A DNA stretch of 64,000 bases from Patescibacteria group bacterium (GTDB taxonomy: Bacteria; Patescibacteriota; Gracilibacteria; UBA4473), in NCBI GenBank assembly GCA_965660445.1, contig CBFIAK010000001.1:42121-106120 (forward strand). The letters are read 5' to 3'. Below are positions 24,468 to 33,935 of the stretch, piece by piece. Numbering within the stretch: position 1 is the stretch's first letter; each line of letters opens with the position of its first letter. A program made the translations under genes and the position numbers. The notes below the pieces were generated by a model. That model saw only the letters and a program-made list of their open reading frames with translations. It made no database searches and was not told where the DNA came from.

Positions 24468-25496
24468 ATGAATCGATTATTCTGGCTATCAAGTCTCTTT
24501 TTATGCACCGTCGCATGGGCATCTCCCATGCCTTATAAGGCGTCATTACAGTCATATACCAATCAAAGAATCCCTCAAAATGCAGTTGGGGCGCATATAG
24601 CCACGCTTCATATACAGGCTCATGAAGACATTGCTGTTTCTGAAATCCATGTATGGGCGAAAGGACTCGTCACCAGTGACGATTTTGAAAATGCATGGAT
24701 CGAAACGAGTACTCAAGTTTCAAGCTTTCAATCGCCTTTTTTTAATGATAACACCAGTCATATACGGTTTCGAGACCCTATTTATATCTCAAAAAACGAA
24801 GAAATAAGTTTTGATATATTTTTAAGTCTGCGCCAGAACATTGCGAATCGAAATTTTTCACTTGATGTCCAAAACATAGTACTTGAAAACAAAAACCACA
24901 AAACAACGCCTATCACTTTACTCGAAACACAGCAAACAACTATTTCTGGATTCGAAGCACCTGAAATAAAAATCATACCGCTTGGTTCAGATACCGTAAT
25001 TCCCATGGGACGCACACGAGAACTTGCACGGTTTCAAATACAAAACACAAACGCAACACCTATAAATCTTAAAAACATTCAACTCGAAAACATTGGTACG
25101 GCGAACTTGCATGAGAGTTTTTCTTCTCTCAGTCTTATACATCAAAACACCGTACTCGCAAACGCATCACCACAACAAAATGAAACGATTACTTGGGAAA
25201 TTCCTTCGTTTGTTATCGAAAGAAACCAATCGGCAACATTCCAAGTCAGCGGACAACTTCTCTACGCACAAGACGGAAAAACTCTCCAGTTTCAAATCAA
25301 AAACGCTACTGATATAAAAACAAAACACAATGATCAGTCTTCATATGCTCGTATTATCTCATCATTACCCGTTTCACTCTCTACTCATACACTTCGCGGA
25401 GGCGGACTATTTACACGCCCATATAGACACAAATATTCTGGATTGCGTCGATCAGGAATCGAAATAAAAAACCCGTGGTATTTTCGCAATCACTAA
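24468..25496 (+). CDS. Secreted hypothetical protein
   Basis: 342 aa with signal peptide MNRLFWLSSLFLCTVAWASP. No family recognised. Confidence 0.5.
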   Translation: MNRLFWLSSLFLCTVAWASPMPYKASLQSYTNQRIPQNAVGAHIATLHIQAHEDIAVSEIHVWAKGLVTSDDFENAWIETSTQVSSFQSPFFNDNTSHIRFRDPIYISKNEEISFDIFLSLRQNIANRNFSLDVQNIVLENKNHKTTPITLLETQQTTISGFEAPEIKIIPLGSDTVIPMGRTRELARFQIQNTNATPINLKNIQLENIGTANLHESFSSLSLIHQNTVLANASPQQNETITWEIPSFVIERNQSATFQVSGQLLYAQDGKTLQFQIKNATDIKTKHNDQSSYARIISSLPVSLSTHTLRGGGLFTRPYRHKYSGLRRSGIEIKNPWYFRNH

Positions 25497-25698
25497 AGAA
25501 CAGAAAAACCCGCAAAACAAAGCAAAAAAATTTGACTTATTCTGTATCACAATTATTATCGCCCCCGATTATAGTTTGTATACAAATCTTGTGTTTTTCT
25601 TTCCATGCAAAAAAAACTTCTCCAATAAAGCATTACTGATCTTGTTTGGTAAAGCTCTATAAGAGTGTTTATTTTTATTTTTTCACCCTTCTTGTTCT

Positions 25699-28600
25699 AT
25701 GGTTGCCGTACAAAAATTCAATTTTCCAGCAAAACTTTCTCCTGTAAAAAAAGAAGGAGAACGATATTTTTTCACGTCTGATATCGGAGATGGGTTTGAG
25801 TTCCCAGATCTTATTCAAGTACAAACCAATTCTTATGACTGGTTTTTAGGAGAAGGACTTCAAGAACTCATTGATTCTATAAATCCTATTGAAGACGCAA
25901 CAGGAAAAAAACTAAAACTAGAAATAAAAAGTTACGACATTGAACCTCCTAAATACGATTTAGATACGTGTCATAAAAAAGGATTGTCATATGAATCAAT
26001 CATTCGAGCACAAGTAGCGCTCACCAATCTTGAAACTGGAGAAATCAAGGAACAAGAAGTTTATTTTGGACAAATTCCACAAATAACAGATCAAGGAACA
26101 TTTATTATTAATGGGATTGAACGGATTATTGTTTCTCAAATTGTACGAAGCCCTGGAGCGTTTTTTGCAGAAATGCAAAACATGCCAAATGCATTTACAG
26201 CAAAACTGATTCCAAAACGAGGAGCATGGATTGAAATTGAAACTGACAAAAGAGGTCTTATTTGGGTGAAAGTCGACCGAAAACGAAAAATACCAGTGAC
26301 CATGTTTTTGCGAACATTCGGGTATGATACGGATAAAAAAATTCTAGACTTGTTTAAAAATGAAACAAAAGGACTCACTGAAAACCCAATTTTAAAAACA
26401 CTTGAGAAAGACGAAGCAACAACTGAAAAAGAAGCATGGCAAGGAGTTTATAAACGAATTCGTCCAGGAGATTTAGCAACACCTGAAAACGCTAAAGTGT
26501 TTTTAGATGATATGTTTTTAAATTTTCGAAAATACGATTTAGGACCTATTGCGCGATACAAAATCAATAAAAAGTTTGATTTAAAAACGCCAAACACTCC
26601 AGAAGGCCGCACTTTTCAATTAGAAGACTTTATTGAAATGGTACGTGAAATTATACGACTCAATAACGGATCAGGACAAGGTCCTGACGATATTGATCAT
26701 TTAGCGAATCGACGTATCCGAGGGGTAGGAGAACTCGTACAAAACAAGTTTCGAATCGGATTGCTTCGAACAGAACGTATTATTCGAGACCGAATGTCTA
26801 TTGTCGATCTCGAAACCGTGACTCCAACTCAAATTGTAAACTGCAGACCAATCACAGCTGCAATGCATGAGTTCTTTGCATCTGCACAACTTTCGCAATT
26901 CATGGATCAAACAAATCCTTTAGCCGAACTTGAACACAAACGACGAATTTCAGCTATGGGTCCAGGGGGGCTTTCACGAGAACGAGCATCATTTGAAGTA
27001 CGTGACGTACACCCATCTCAATACGGGCGTATTTGTCCGGTCACAACACCAGAAGGTCCGAATATCGGACTCGTATTACACTTAGCATCGTATGCAAAAG
27101 TGAATGAATATGGGTTTTTAGAAACTCCATATCGAACAGTCTCTCATGTAATTGCAAATGATGGAACTGCTGTCATAGGACGAAGAGTAAAAGAAGAAAT
27201 CCTTGATGGAAAAAAAGTTATTATCTCAAAAGACCAAATCTGCACAAAAGAACAAGCAGAAGCCATCAAGAAAATAAAAGACAAAAAAGAAATTAAAGTA
27301 CAGGCTTATATCACAGATGAAGTACAATATTATGACCCAGATGCTGAACGAAAAATGTGTATTGCACAAGCGAACACCATTTTAAACGACAGAGGAGAAT
27401 TTACGAAAAGTTTTATTTCTGCTCGTAAAAACTATGAACCTGGAACCTATGATGAATCGATGGTGACACATATTGATATTTCTCCAAAACAGATTGTGTC
27501 TCTTTCTACATCACTTATTTCATTCCTTGAACACGACGACAATACTCGTGCATTGATGGGATCAAACATGCAACGACAAGCAGTTCCTCTTATTATGCCA
27601 GATTCCCCTATTGTTGGAACAGGAATGGAAAAGATCACATCACGAGACCAATGTATTCGAGCTGAAGAAGATGGAGAAATTAAGTATGCTGATGCGAATG
27701 AAATCGTATTTGTCAGCAAATCAGGAAAAAAGAAAACATATTCACTCAAAACATTTTATCGATCAAACCAATCGACTTGTATCACACAGAAAACAAAAGT
27801 AGTGAGTAAACAAAAAGTAAAAAAAGGTGATGTCTTAGCTGATGGAGCTTCTGTAGAAAACGGAGAGCTTGCCATTGGGCAAAACTTGATCGTTGCGTAC
27901 ATGTCATGGAGTGGGTACAACTACGAAGATGCGATTATTATTTCTGAACGGTTAGTAAAAGAAGGGTCATACAATTCTATTCATATTGAAAAATATGAAC
28001 TCGATGTTCGTGACACAAAACTTGGGCCCGAAGAACTCACTGCAGACATTCCAAACGTAGCAGCCGCAAAACTCAAAGACTTAGACGAAAATGGATTGGT
28101 TCGTATTGGATCAACGGTTCTGGCAGGAGATATTCTTGCCGGAAAAGTGACTCCGAAAGGAGAAAGTGAATTAACCGCTGAAGATCGATTATTAAGAGCT
28201 ATTTTTGGAGAAAAAGCAAACGATGTAAAAGATTCTTCTCTTCGGCTTCCACGAGGATCTGGAGGGAAAGTGATTGACGTAAATATACTTGATCGATCAC
28301 AAGGTGACGATTTACCAAATGGAGTATTGAAACGAATTCAGATTTTAGTAGCACAGCTACGACATTTAGAAGCAGGAGACAAAATGGCAGGACGACACGG
28401 GAACAAAGGAGTTATTTCTCGAGTTGTACCAATTGAAGATATGCCACATATGGAAGACGGAACGCCAGTTGATATTATTCTTAATCCTCTTGGGGTATCG
28501 TCTCGTATGAACATTGGACAAATTCTCGAAACACATTTAGGAATGGCAGCCTATAAGATGGGTATAAAAGTAGCAACTCCAGTACTGAATGGAATCTCGT

Positions 28601-29346
28601 TAGACAAAATACAAGAGTTCCTCAAAGCAAACAATTTACCGGAAGACGGAAAGTTCCAACTCTATGACGGACGAAGTGGAGAAGCGTTTAAAAACCGAAC
28701 AGTGGTAGGGATTGCCTATATGGTAAAATTAAGTCACTTGGTGGAAGACAAAATGCATGCTCGGTCTGTTGGACCATACTCATTAGTAACCCAACAACCG
28801 TTTGGAGGGAAAGCACAAAACGGAGGTCAGCGGTTAGGAGAAATGGAAGTTTGGGCACTCGAAGCATACGGAGCAGCACACACACTTCAAGAAATGTTAA
28901 CTATCAAATCCGATGATGTACATGGGCGAGGAAAAGCGTATGAAGCAATTGTAAAAGGTGAACCAATCGAACTTATTTCTATTCCTGAATCGTTCAACGT
29001 GCTTATTAAAGAGCTTCAAGCATTAGGACTCAAAGTAGAACTCTTAAAAGACGGACAAGAAGTAAACGATAAGATTATTCAGTCACTTGATCCAAAAGAA
29101 GACCAGAAACGACAAGAGTATGAAAACGAAAAACTCAAATCTGAAAAAAGTTTATTAGAAGAATCAGAAGATTTTCAAGAAGTAGCCGATGAAGACGATG
29201 TTATCGCTCATGAAGCAGGACTCGGAATTTCATTAAGTGATGAAGAAACGGGAGTCGATGACGATGACGATGACGATGACGATCGCCCACAAGATGAGAA
29301 TGAAGATGGATTTGACGATGACGACGATATTCGAGAAGACAACTAA
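25699..29346 (+). CDS. rpoB: DNA-directed RNA polymerase subunit beta with a 93-aa acidic C-terminal tail
   Basis: 1215 aa with conserved blocks including GPGGLSRERA, RDVHPSQYGRICP, NMQRQAVPL, GRHGNKGV and GGQRLGEMEVWALEAYGAA. Confidence 0.97.
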   Translation: MVAVQKFNFPAKLSPVKKEGERYFFTSDIGDGFEFPDLIQVQTNSYDWFLGEGLQELIDSINPIEDATGKKLKLEIKSYDIEPPKYDLDTCHKKGLSYESIIRAQVALTNLETGEIKEQEVYFGQIPQITDQGTFIINGIERIIVSQIVRSPGAFFAEMQNMPNAFTAKLIPKRGAWIEIETDKRGLIWVKVDRKRKIPVTMFLRTFGYDTDKKILDLFKNETKGLTENPILKTLEKDEATTEKEAWQGVYKRIRPGDLATPENAKVFLDDMFLNFRKYDLGPIARYKINKKFDLKTPNTPEGRTFQLEDFIEMVREIIRLNNGSGQGPDDIDHLANRRIRGVGELVQNKFRIGLLRTERIIRDRMSIVDLETVTPTQIVNCRPITAAMHEFFASAQLSQFMDQTNPLAELEHKRRISAMGPGGLSRERASFEVRDVHPSQYGRICPVTTPEGPNIGLVLHLASYAKVNEYGFLETPYRTVSHVIANDGTAVIGRRVKEEILDGKKVIISKDQICTKEQAEAIKKIKDKKEIKVQAYITDEVQYYDPDAERKMCIAQANTILNDRGEFTKSFISARKNYEPGTYDESMVTHIDISPKQIVSLSTSLISFLEHDDNTRALMGSNMQRQAVPLIMPDSPIVGTGMEKITSRDQCIRAEEDGEIKYADANEIVFVSKSGKKKTYSLKTFYRSNQSTCITQKTKVVSKQKVKKGDVLADGASVENGELAIGQNLIVAYMSWSGYNYEDAIIISERLVKEGSYNSIHIEKYELDVRDTKLGPEELTADIPNVAAAKLKDLDENGLVRIGSTVLAGDILAGKVTPKGESELTAEDRLLRAIFGEKANDVKDSSLRLPRGSGGKVIDVNILDRSQGDDLPNGVLKRIQILVAQLRHLEAGDKMAGRHGNKGVISRVVPIEDMPHMEDGTPVDIILNPLGVSSRMNIGQILETHLGMAAYKMGIKVATPVLNGISLDKIQEFLKANNLPEDGKFQLYDGRSGEAFKNRTVVGIAYMVKLSHLVEDKMHARSVGPYSLVTQQPFGGKAQNGGQRLGEMEVWALEAYGAAHTLQEMLTIKSDDVHGRGKAYEAIVKGEPIELISIPESFNVLIKELQALGLKVELLKDGQEVNDKIIQSLDPKEDQKRQEYENEKLKSEKSLLEESEDFQEVADEDDVIAHEAGLGISLSDEETGVDDDDDDDDDRPQDENEDGFDDDDDIREDN

Positions 29347-29362
29347 AGAAAAAAAATCAAAA

Positions 29363-29390
29363 GGCAGAAACTTATTATTTCTGCCTTTTT
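29363..29390 (+). terminator. Intrinsic terminator after rpoB
   Basis: GGCAGAAA-CTTATTA-TTTCTGCC followed by TTTTT, 17 nt after the rpoB stop. Confidence 0.8.
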
Positions 29391-29392
29391 AA

Positions 29393-29467
29393 GCACGTAT
29401 CGTATAATGGCTATTATACGGCCTTGCCAAGGCTGAGACACGGGTTCGACTCCCGTTACGTGCTCCA
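29393..29467 (+). tRNA. tRNA-Gly (anticodon GCC), CCA encoded
   Basis: Acceptor GCACGTA/TACGTGC, anticodon arm CGGCC-TTGCCAA-GGCTG, T arm ACGGG-TTCGACT-CCCGT, discriminator T, CCA. 75 nt. Confidence 0.88.
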
Positions 29468-29693
29468 CAGTTGAATTTGAGATAAGCAAGGAGCGAAGTG
29501 ACGCAGTCGAATCCAAAGATACGGTGTCCCAAATACATCGGGACTATTTCAAGTACGTCATCATCCTAGAAGCGACAAGCGAAGCGAGTCGGAAATGGAA
29601 TGTTGTCGGAACAAAGAAAAATAAACATAAAAATTAAAAAACAAGTTTCCATGGAAAAAGAAAAAGATTAATATACGATTAAGAAAAAAACTC

Positions 29694-30413
29694 ATGGAAA
29701 TAATAACACTTGTTGTATTCACTTTTATTGCATCGGCAATTGGTACAACGACAAGTTTTGGGACATCAACATTTATGGTTCCTGTTCTCGGTTTTTTTTA
29801 CCCACTTCCCATCACATTACTATTTAGTGGTATTATCCATTGGCTTGGGAATCTTTGGAAAATGCATTTTTTCCGTTCGGGAGCCCAAACAAAACTTATT
29901 CTTTTATTTGGTATCCCCGGAATCATAACGAGTTATTTGGGAGCGCAACTCATTCCTGATATTTCAGAAGTATTACTATCGCGATCACTCGGAATATTTT
30001 TTATACTCTATGTTCTTTTTTTGTTCAAACACAAAAACTGGAAAATAATCGCCAATACACCAAGTGCTTTGATTGGAGGAGTTTTATCGGGGTTTAGCTC
30101 TGGTATATTTGGAGTAGGTGGTGCTATTCGAGCGGCGTTTCTCTCTGCATACGATTTAAAAAAAGTAAGCTTCATTTTTACGGCAGGAGCGATTGGAGTC
30201 TTTATTGACACAGGAAGAATAACAAAATACATGCTTGACGGAGTAACACTCGAAAACAATTTACTCATTGCTCTGGCATTCGCTATTCCTGCTTCATTTC
30301 TTGGTGGATATGCTGGTCGAAAAATAAACGACAAAATTCCTCAAGAAAAATTTCGAAACGTTATTGCATTTGCATTATTACTTATGGCTTTTAAATATAT
30401 TTTTTGGCCATAA
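29694..30413 (+). CDS. TauE/SafE (DUF81) family anion exporter-like membrane protein
   Basis: 239 aa with about 7 TM helices and a Gly-rich pattern (GIPGIITSYLGA, GGVLSGFSSGIFGVGGA) typical of the family. Confidence 0.65.
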   Translation: MEIITLVVFTFIASAIGTTTSFGTSTFMVPVLGFFYPLPITLLFSGIIHWLGNLWKMHFFRSGAQTKLILLFGIPGIITSYLGAQLIPDISEVLLSRSLGIFFILYVLFLFKHKNWKIIANTPSALIGGVLSGFSSGIFGVGGAIRAAFLSAYDLKKVSFIFTAGAIGVFIDTGRITKYMLDGVTLENNLLIALAFAIPASFLGGYAGRKINDKIPQEKFRNVIAFALLLMAFKYIFWP

Positions 30414-30459
30414 GGATATATTCAAAACCAAAAATAAAAACTTAATATAATTTCCAATT

Positions 30460-31113
30460 ATGACACAAAAAAACATGTACACATTCTTCATCATTTTAGG
30501 CAGCCTCCTTACTATCTGGTTTTTATATAGCTGGCTATCGGTTCGTGCTATTGAAAAACCAAAGTATAGTGTAATATCAAGTACTCAAAATTATGAGATA
30601 CGTGAATATGCTTCATATATTATTGCCGAAACAAAAGTAAGTGGTGTAAAAAATCGTGATAAGGCAGTTCGAAAAGGGTTTCCGATAGTAGCAGATTACA
30701 TATTTGGAAACAACACCTTACAAGATAAAATTGCTATGACCGTACCAGTAAATACGCAAACAGATAATTCAGAAAAAATAGCCATGACTGTTCCTGTTAA
30801 CACAGAAGAAGAAAAAAAAGACGGTATCTATAAAGTATCTTTCGTAATGCCGAGTAATTACACACTTGAAACATTACCAATCCCCAATGACAACCGAGTA
30901 ATACTTAAAGAAGTCCCCTCTCGAAAAGTAGCGGTAAGAAAATTTACATGGTCTGCACAAGATTTTATCGTAAAAAAACAAGAAGAAGCACTTCTTTCTG
31001 CTCTGAATAATGATGGAATTAAAACTGTGGGAGCAATAAATTTAGCACGATACAATCCCCCATGGACCATTCCTTTTATGCTTCACAACGAAGTACAGAT
31101 AGAAATTGAATAA
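30460..31113 (+). CDS. SOUL heme-binding family protein with N-terminal membrane anchor
   Basis: 217 aa with EKPKY..YEIREY, two IAMTVPV motifs and a C-terminal ARYNPPWT..NEV, characteristic of SOUL/HEBP. Confidence 0.7.
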   Translation: MTQKNMYTFFIILGSLLTIWFLYSWLSVRAIEKPKYSVISSTQNYEIREYASYIIAETKVSGVKNRDKAVRKGFPIVADYIFGNNTLQDKIAMTVPVNTQTDNSEKIAMTVPVNTEEEKKDGIYKVSFVMPSNYTLETLPIPNDNRVILKEVPSRKVAVRKFTWSAQDFIVKKQEEALLSALNNDGIKTVGAINLARYNPPWTIPFMLHNEVQIEIE

Positions 31114-31252
31114 CAAAAATTGACAAAATATTTTACAGAAAAATATACAATTATTATCAATATTCAAATTAGGGAAGCACAGGAGCGCTAAGGCGCTCGA
31201 ATTCAGAATCTTGAATCTGGAATCTTGGTAAAATTACAGGAATCACAAAAAA

Positions 31253-31285
31253 ATCACAAGGCTGTGCAAAATCTTGTGATTTTTT
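31253..31285 (+). terminator. Intrinsic terminator-like hairpin
   Basis: ATCACAAG-12 nt loop-CTTGTGAT followed by TTTTT, in the convergent intergenic region. Confidence 0.5.
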
Positions 31286-31386
31286 CCATAATTCATAATT
31301 CTTAATTCACAATTCCAATATGAGCGAATGAATTCCTATACAAAGGAAGGGGGTATATGGGGGAAACCTTTGGTTTCAACCCATAA

Positions 31387-31770
31387 TCAAAGTTCCCCCC
31401 CCGAATCCACATTCCCTGCCCCAAGCAATGTATTAGCAATAGCAAACGAGAGAAGTATTACAAGGATCCCTAAAGCCGCATAAAGGAGTATTTTTTTCGG
31501 TTTATCAGTGTCATCACCGGCCGCCACAATATACAATACGCCTCCGTAAATAAACATAACCACGGCTATAAGCCCAACAAATGATAAAACATAGTTTATA
31601 ATAGTGAGGACTCCTTCTCGAAAACTCCCATCATAACTGGTTGATTGTTGAATAGCTTGTGGGTTATCTGTTGAACGAACCATTCCTCTGTTTTGTGCAA
31701 GAGCCACAGAAGGTGCTATAAACACTGATCCACAAAACAAAAAAGCCAAAGCCAAAACAAATTTTTTCAT
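31387..31770 (-). CDS. TrbC/VirB2-like type IV secretion pilin-family protein (CPR type)
   Basis: 127 aa from ATG 31770: signal peptide, then two TM helices flanking GGVLYIVAAGDDTDKPKK. It is a paralog of 51761..52177. The track start at 31779 is GTG. Confidence 0.65.
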   Translation of the reverse strand: MKKFVLALAFLFCGSVFIAPSVALAQNRGMVRSTDNPQAIQQSTSYDGSFREGVLTIINYVLSFVGLIAVVMFIYGGVLYIVAAGDDTDKPKKILLYAALGILVILLSFAIANTLLGAGNVDSGGEL

Positions 31771-31826
31771 AAGAGTCACTATAATTTCGGTTGAATTTTA
31801 ATTGTATTTCCGAAAAAATACAATTA

Positions 31827-33848
31827 ATGGATCTCTCTTTTCCGCTTGAGAATATTCTCAAGACAACAACAGCTCATATAAAGAAACTCAAAAAAATAGG
31901 CATTCATACTCTGGGTGACTTATTGCAATACATGCCGAGAACTATTGAGTCGACCGAACTGATTACTGATTTTAATGATATTCAGTTTGGAGTAAAAAAT
32001 TCACTGTCTGGAACGCTCTGTGATATACGAAAAGAACGCACTCCTCGTGGGAAAACACTTACCAAAGCTGCATTCGTACTGCCCAATGGGGCAACCCTTG
32101 ATGTCATTTGGTTTCAAACCCCCTACATACTCCGAACTATACAAGACGAAACACACGTATTTCTCGTTGGAAAAGTCAACCGACAATACGGAAAAATTCA
32201 AATACAGAACCCTGAAGTCCATATAAAAGACACGATTCATGTTGGGAAACTTCGAGCGGTATATCCCGAATCTCCTCCACTGACTTCAAAATGGTTTCGT
32301 GAAAAAATAGCAGGCGTTCTTCTCTACACAAAAAAATTTCCCGATATTATTCCATCTCATATCCGAGAATCTGAAAACCTCCTCTCAAAACCAGAAGCCC
32401 TTACCTGTATTCACAATCCTGACTCTACCGAACAATGGAATCTTGCTCGACGCACACTCGCGTTTGAGGAACTTCTTATTCTTCAGTCTCGGGTACTGCA
32501 ACGAAAGAAACAGTACCAAAATGACCAAAAAAGCAAATACCGTATTCCATTCAATCCAGAAGAAATAAAGAAAGATTTTCAGATTATTCCGTTTGAACTC
32601 ACTAATGGACAAAAGAAATGTTTACTCGATATACTCAAAGATTTTGAACGATCTCAACGAGCCCATCGACTGCTCCAAGGCGATGTCGGAAGCGGAAAAA
32701 CCATTATTGCGTTTTTAGCCATGCTTCAGATTATAAAACAAGGCGGACAAGCAGCGCTCGTTGCACCAACAGAAATTCTTGCAAAACAACATTTTAAAAA
32801 TGCCTTACAATTTTTTCCAACACAGTATCGAACTGAACTTTTGACAGGATCGGTAACGGAAAAAGAAAAATCTCGTATAAAAACTCAATTACGAACAGGT
32901 CAAATTCAAGTTCTAATTGGTACCCATGCTTTGTTTACTCCTGACACTGAGTTCAAAGACCTTGGTATTGCTGTTATTGATGAACAACACCGATTTGGTG
33001 TAAAACAACGTGCTGTATTGGGACAAACCAATGCGCATGTGCTTTCCATGACAGCAACGCCAATCCCTCGAACACTTGCACTCACTATTTACGGAGACCA
33101 AGACATTTCTCAAATCACAGAACTCCCCCCCGGAAGAAAACCCGTTATTACTCGTATTGTTAGTGACCAAAAGACACAAACACTGTGTTATCGATTTATA
33201 GAAGACCAGATGGTCAAAGAGAAACAAATATTTTGGGTTTGTCCTCTTATTGATGAATCTGATGCCATTGAAGCAAAAAATGTAAAAGCACAGTATGAAC
33301 ATATTGCAAAAGATCTCTACCCTGCACGACGAGTAGAGTTATTACATGGCAAGATGAAACCAAAAGAAAAAGATGCTATCATGACTCGGTTTAAGAACAA
33401 AGAGTTTGATATTTTGGTATCGACATCGGTTATTGAAGTAGGAGTCGATATTCCCAACGCAACTATTATGGTTATTGAAAACTCAGAACGGTTCGGGCTA
33501 TCTCAACTTCATCAGTTTCGAGGACGTATTGGAAGAAACGATCGGCAGTGTTATTGTTTTTTAATGGTTGGCAAACAAGAAGACAAACACAAAGAACGCC
33601 TTCGTGCTCTGGAGAAAACCACTGATGGACTGAAGCTCGCTGAAATAGATTTGAAACTGCGTGGTATGGGAGAAATATACGGCACACGACAATCGGGACT
33701 GCCACAATTTAAATGCGCAGACATCAGTGATGTTGCTTTGCTTCAATTAACCCGAGACTACGCACTTTCTCTGATAGAAGATGACTCTTCTCTACAATCG
33801 CATCCATACTTAAAAAAAGCAGTAGAAGAAGAAAGCATAGAACTCTAG
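31827..33848 (+). CDS. recG: ATP-dependent DNA helicase RecG
   Basis: Wedge domain plus SF2 motifs GDVGSGKT, DEQHRFGV, MTATPIPRTL and QLHQFRGRIGR. The track start at 31791 is TTG; ATG 31827 is preferred. Confidence 0.9.
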   Translation: MDLSFPLENILKTTTAHIKKLKKIGIHTLGDLLQYMPRTIESTELITDFNDIQFGVKNSLSGTLCDIRKERTPRGKTLTKAAFVLPNGATLDVIWFQTPYILRTIQDETHVFLVGKVNRQYGKIQIQNPEVHIKDTIHVGKLRAVYPESPPLTSKWFREKIAGVLLYTKKFPDIIPSHIRESENLLSKPEALTCIHNPDSTEQWNLARRTLAFEELLILQSRVLQRKKQYQNDQKSKYRIPFNPEEIKKDFQIIPFELTNGQKKCLLDILKDFERSQRAHRLLQGDVGSGKTIIAFLAMLQIIKQGGQAALVAPTEILAKQHFKNALQFFPTQYRTELLTGSVTEKEKSRIKTQLRTGQIQVLIGTHALFTPDTEFKDLGIAVIDEQHRFGVKQRAVLGQTNAHVLSMTATPIPRTLALTIYGDQDISQITELPPGRKPVITRIVSDQKTQTLCYRFIEDQMVKEKQIFWVCPLIDESDAIEAKNVKAQYEHIAKDLYPARRVELLHGKMKPKEKDAIMTRFKNKEFDILVSTSVIEVGVDIPNATIMVIENSERFGLSQLHQFRGRIGRNDRQCYCFLMVGKQEDKHKERLRALEKTTDGLKLAEIDLKLRGMGEIYGTRQSGLPQFKCADISDVALLQLTRDYALSLIEDDSSLQSHPYLKKAVEEESIEL

Positions 33849-33935
33849 AAAACACAGAAAGACGCAAAAAATATTTTGCGAAAAACGAGTAATACTGCTA
33901 TCGTCGGAAAGCATTATTTTCAAACAGACATACTT

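Noticed and set aside
24176-24555. Track ORFs overlapping tRNA-Ser (24176..24367 -, 24211..24555 -, 24224..24538 +, 24249..24434 +)
   Set aside because: They are translations through the tRNA gene and the att arm. A well-folding tRNA-Ser explains the conservation-like appearance.
30720-30810. Tandem duplication KIAMTVPVNTQ.. / KIAMTVPVNTE.. in the SOUL-like gene as a recent repeat expansion
   Set aside because: Two IAMT.PV motifs are a normal feature of SOUL/HEBP-family proteins. The DNA copies are diverged at synonymous positions.
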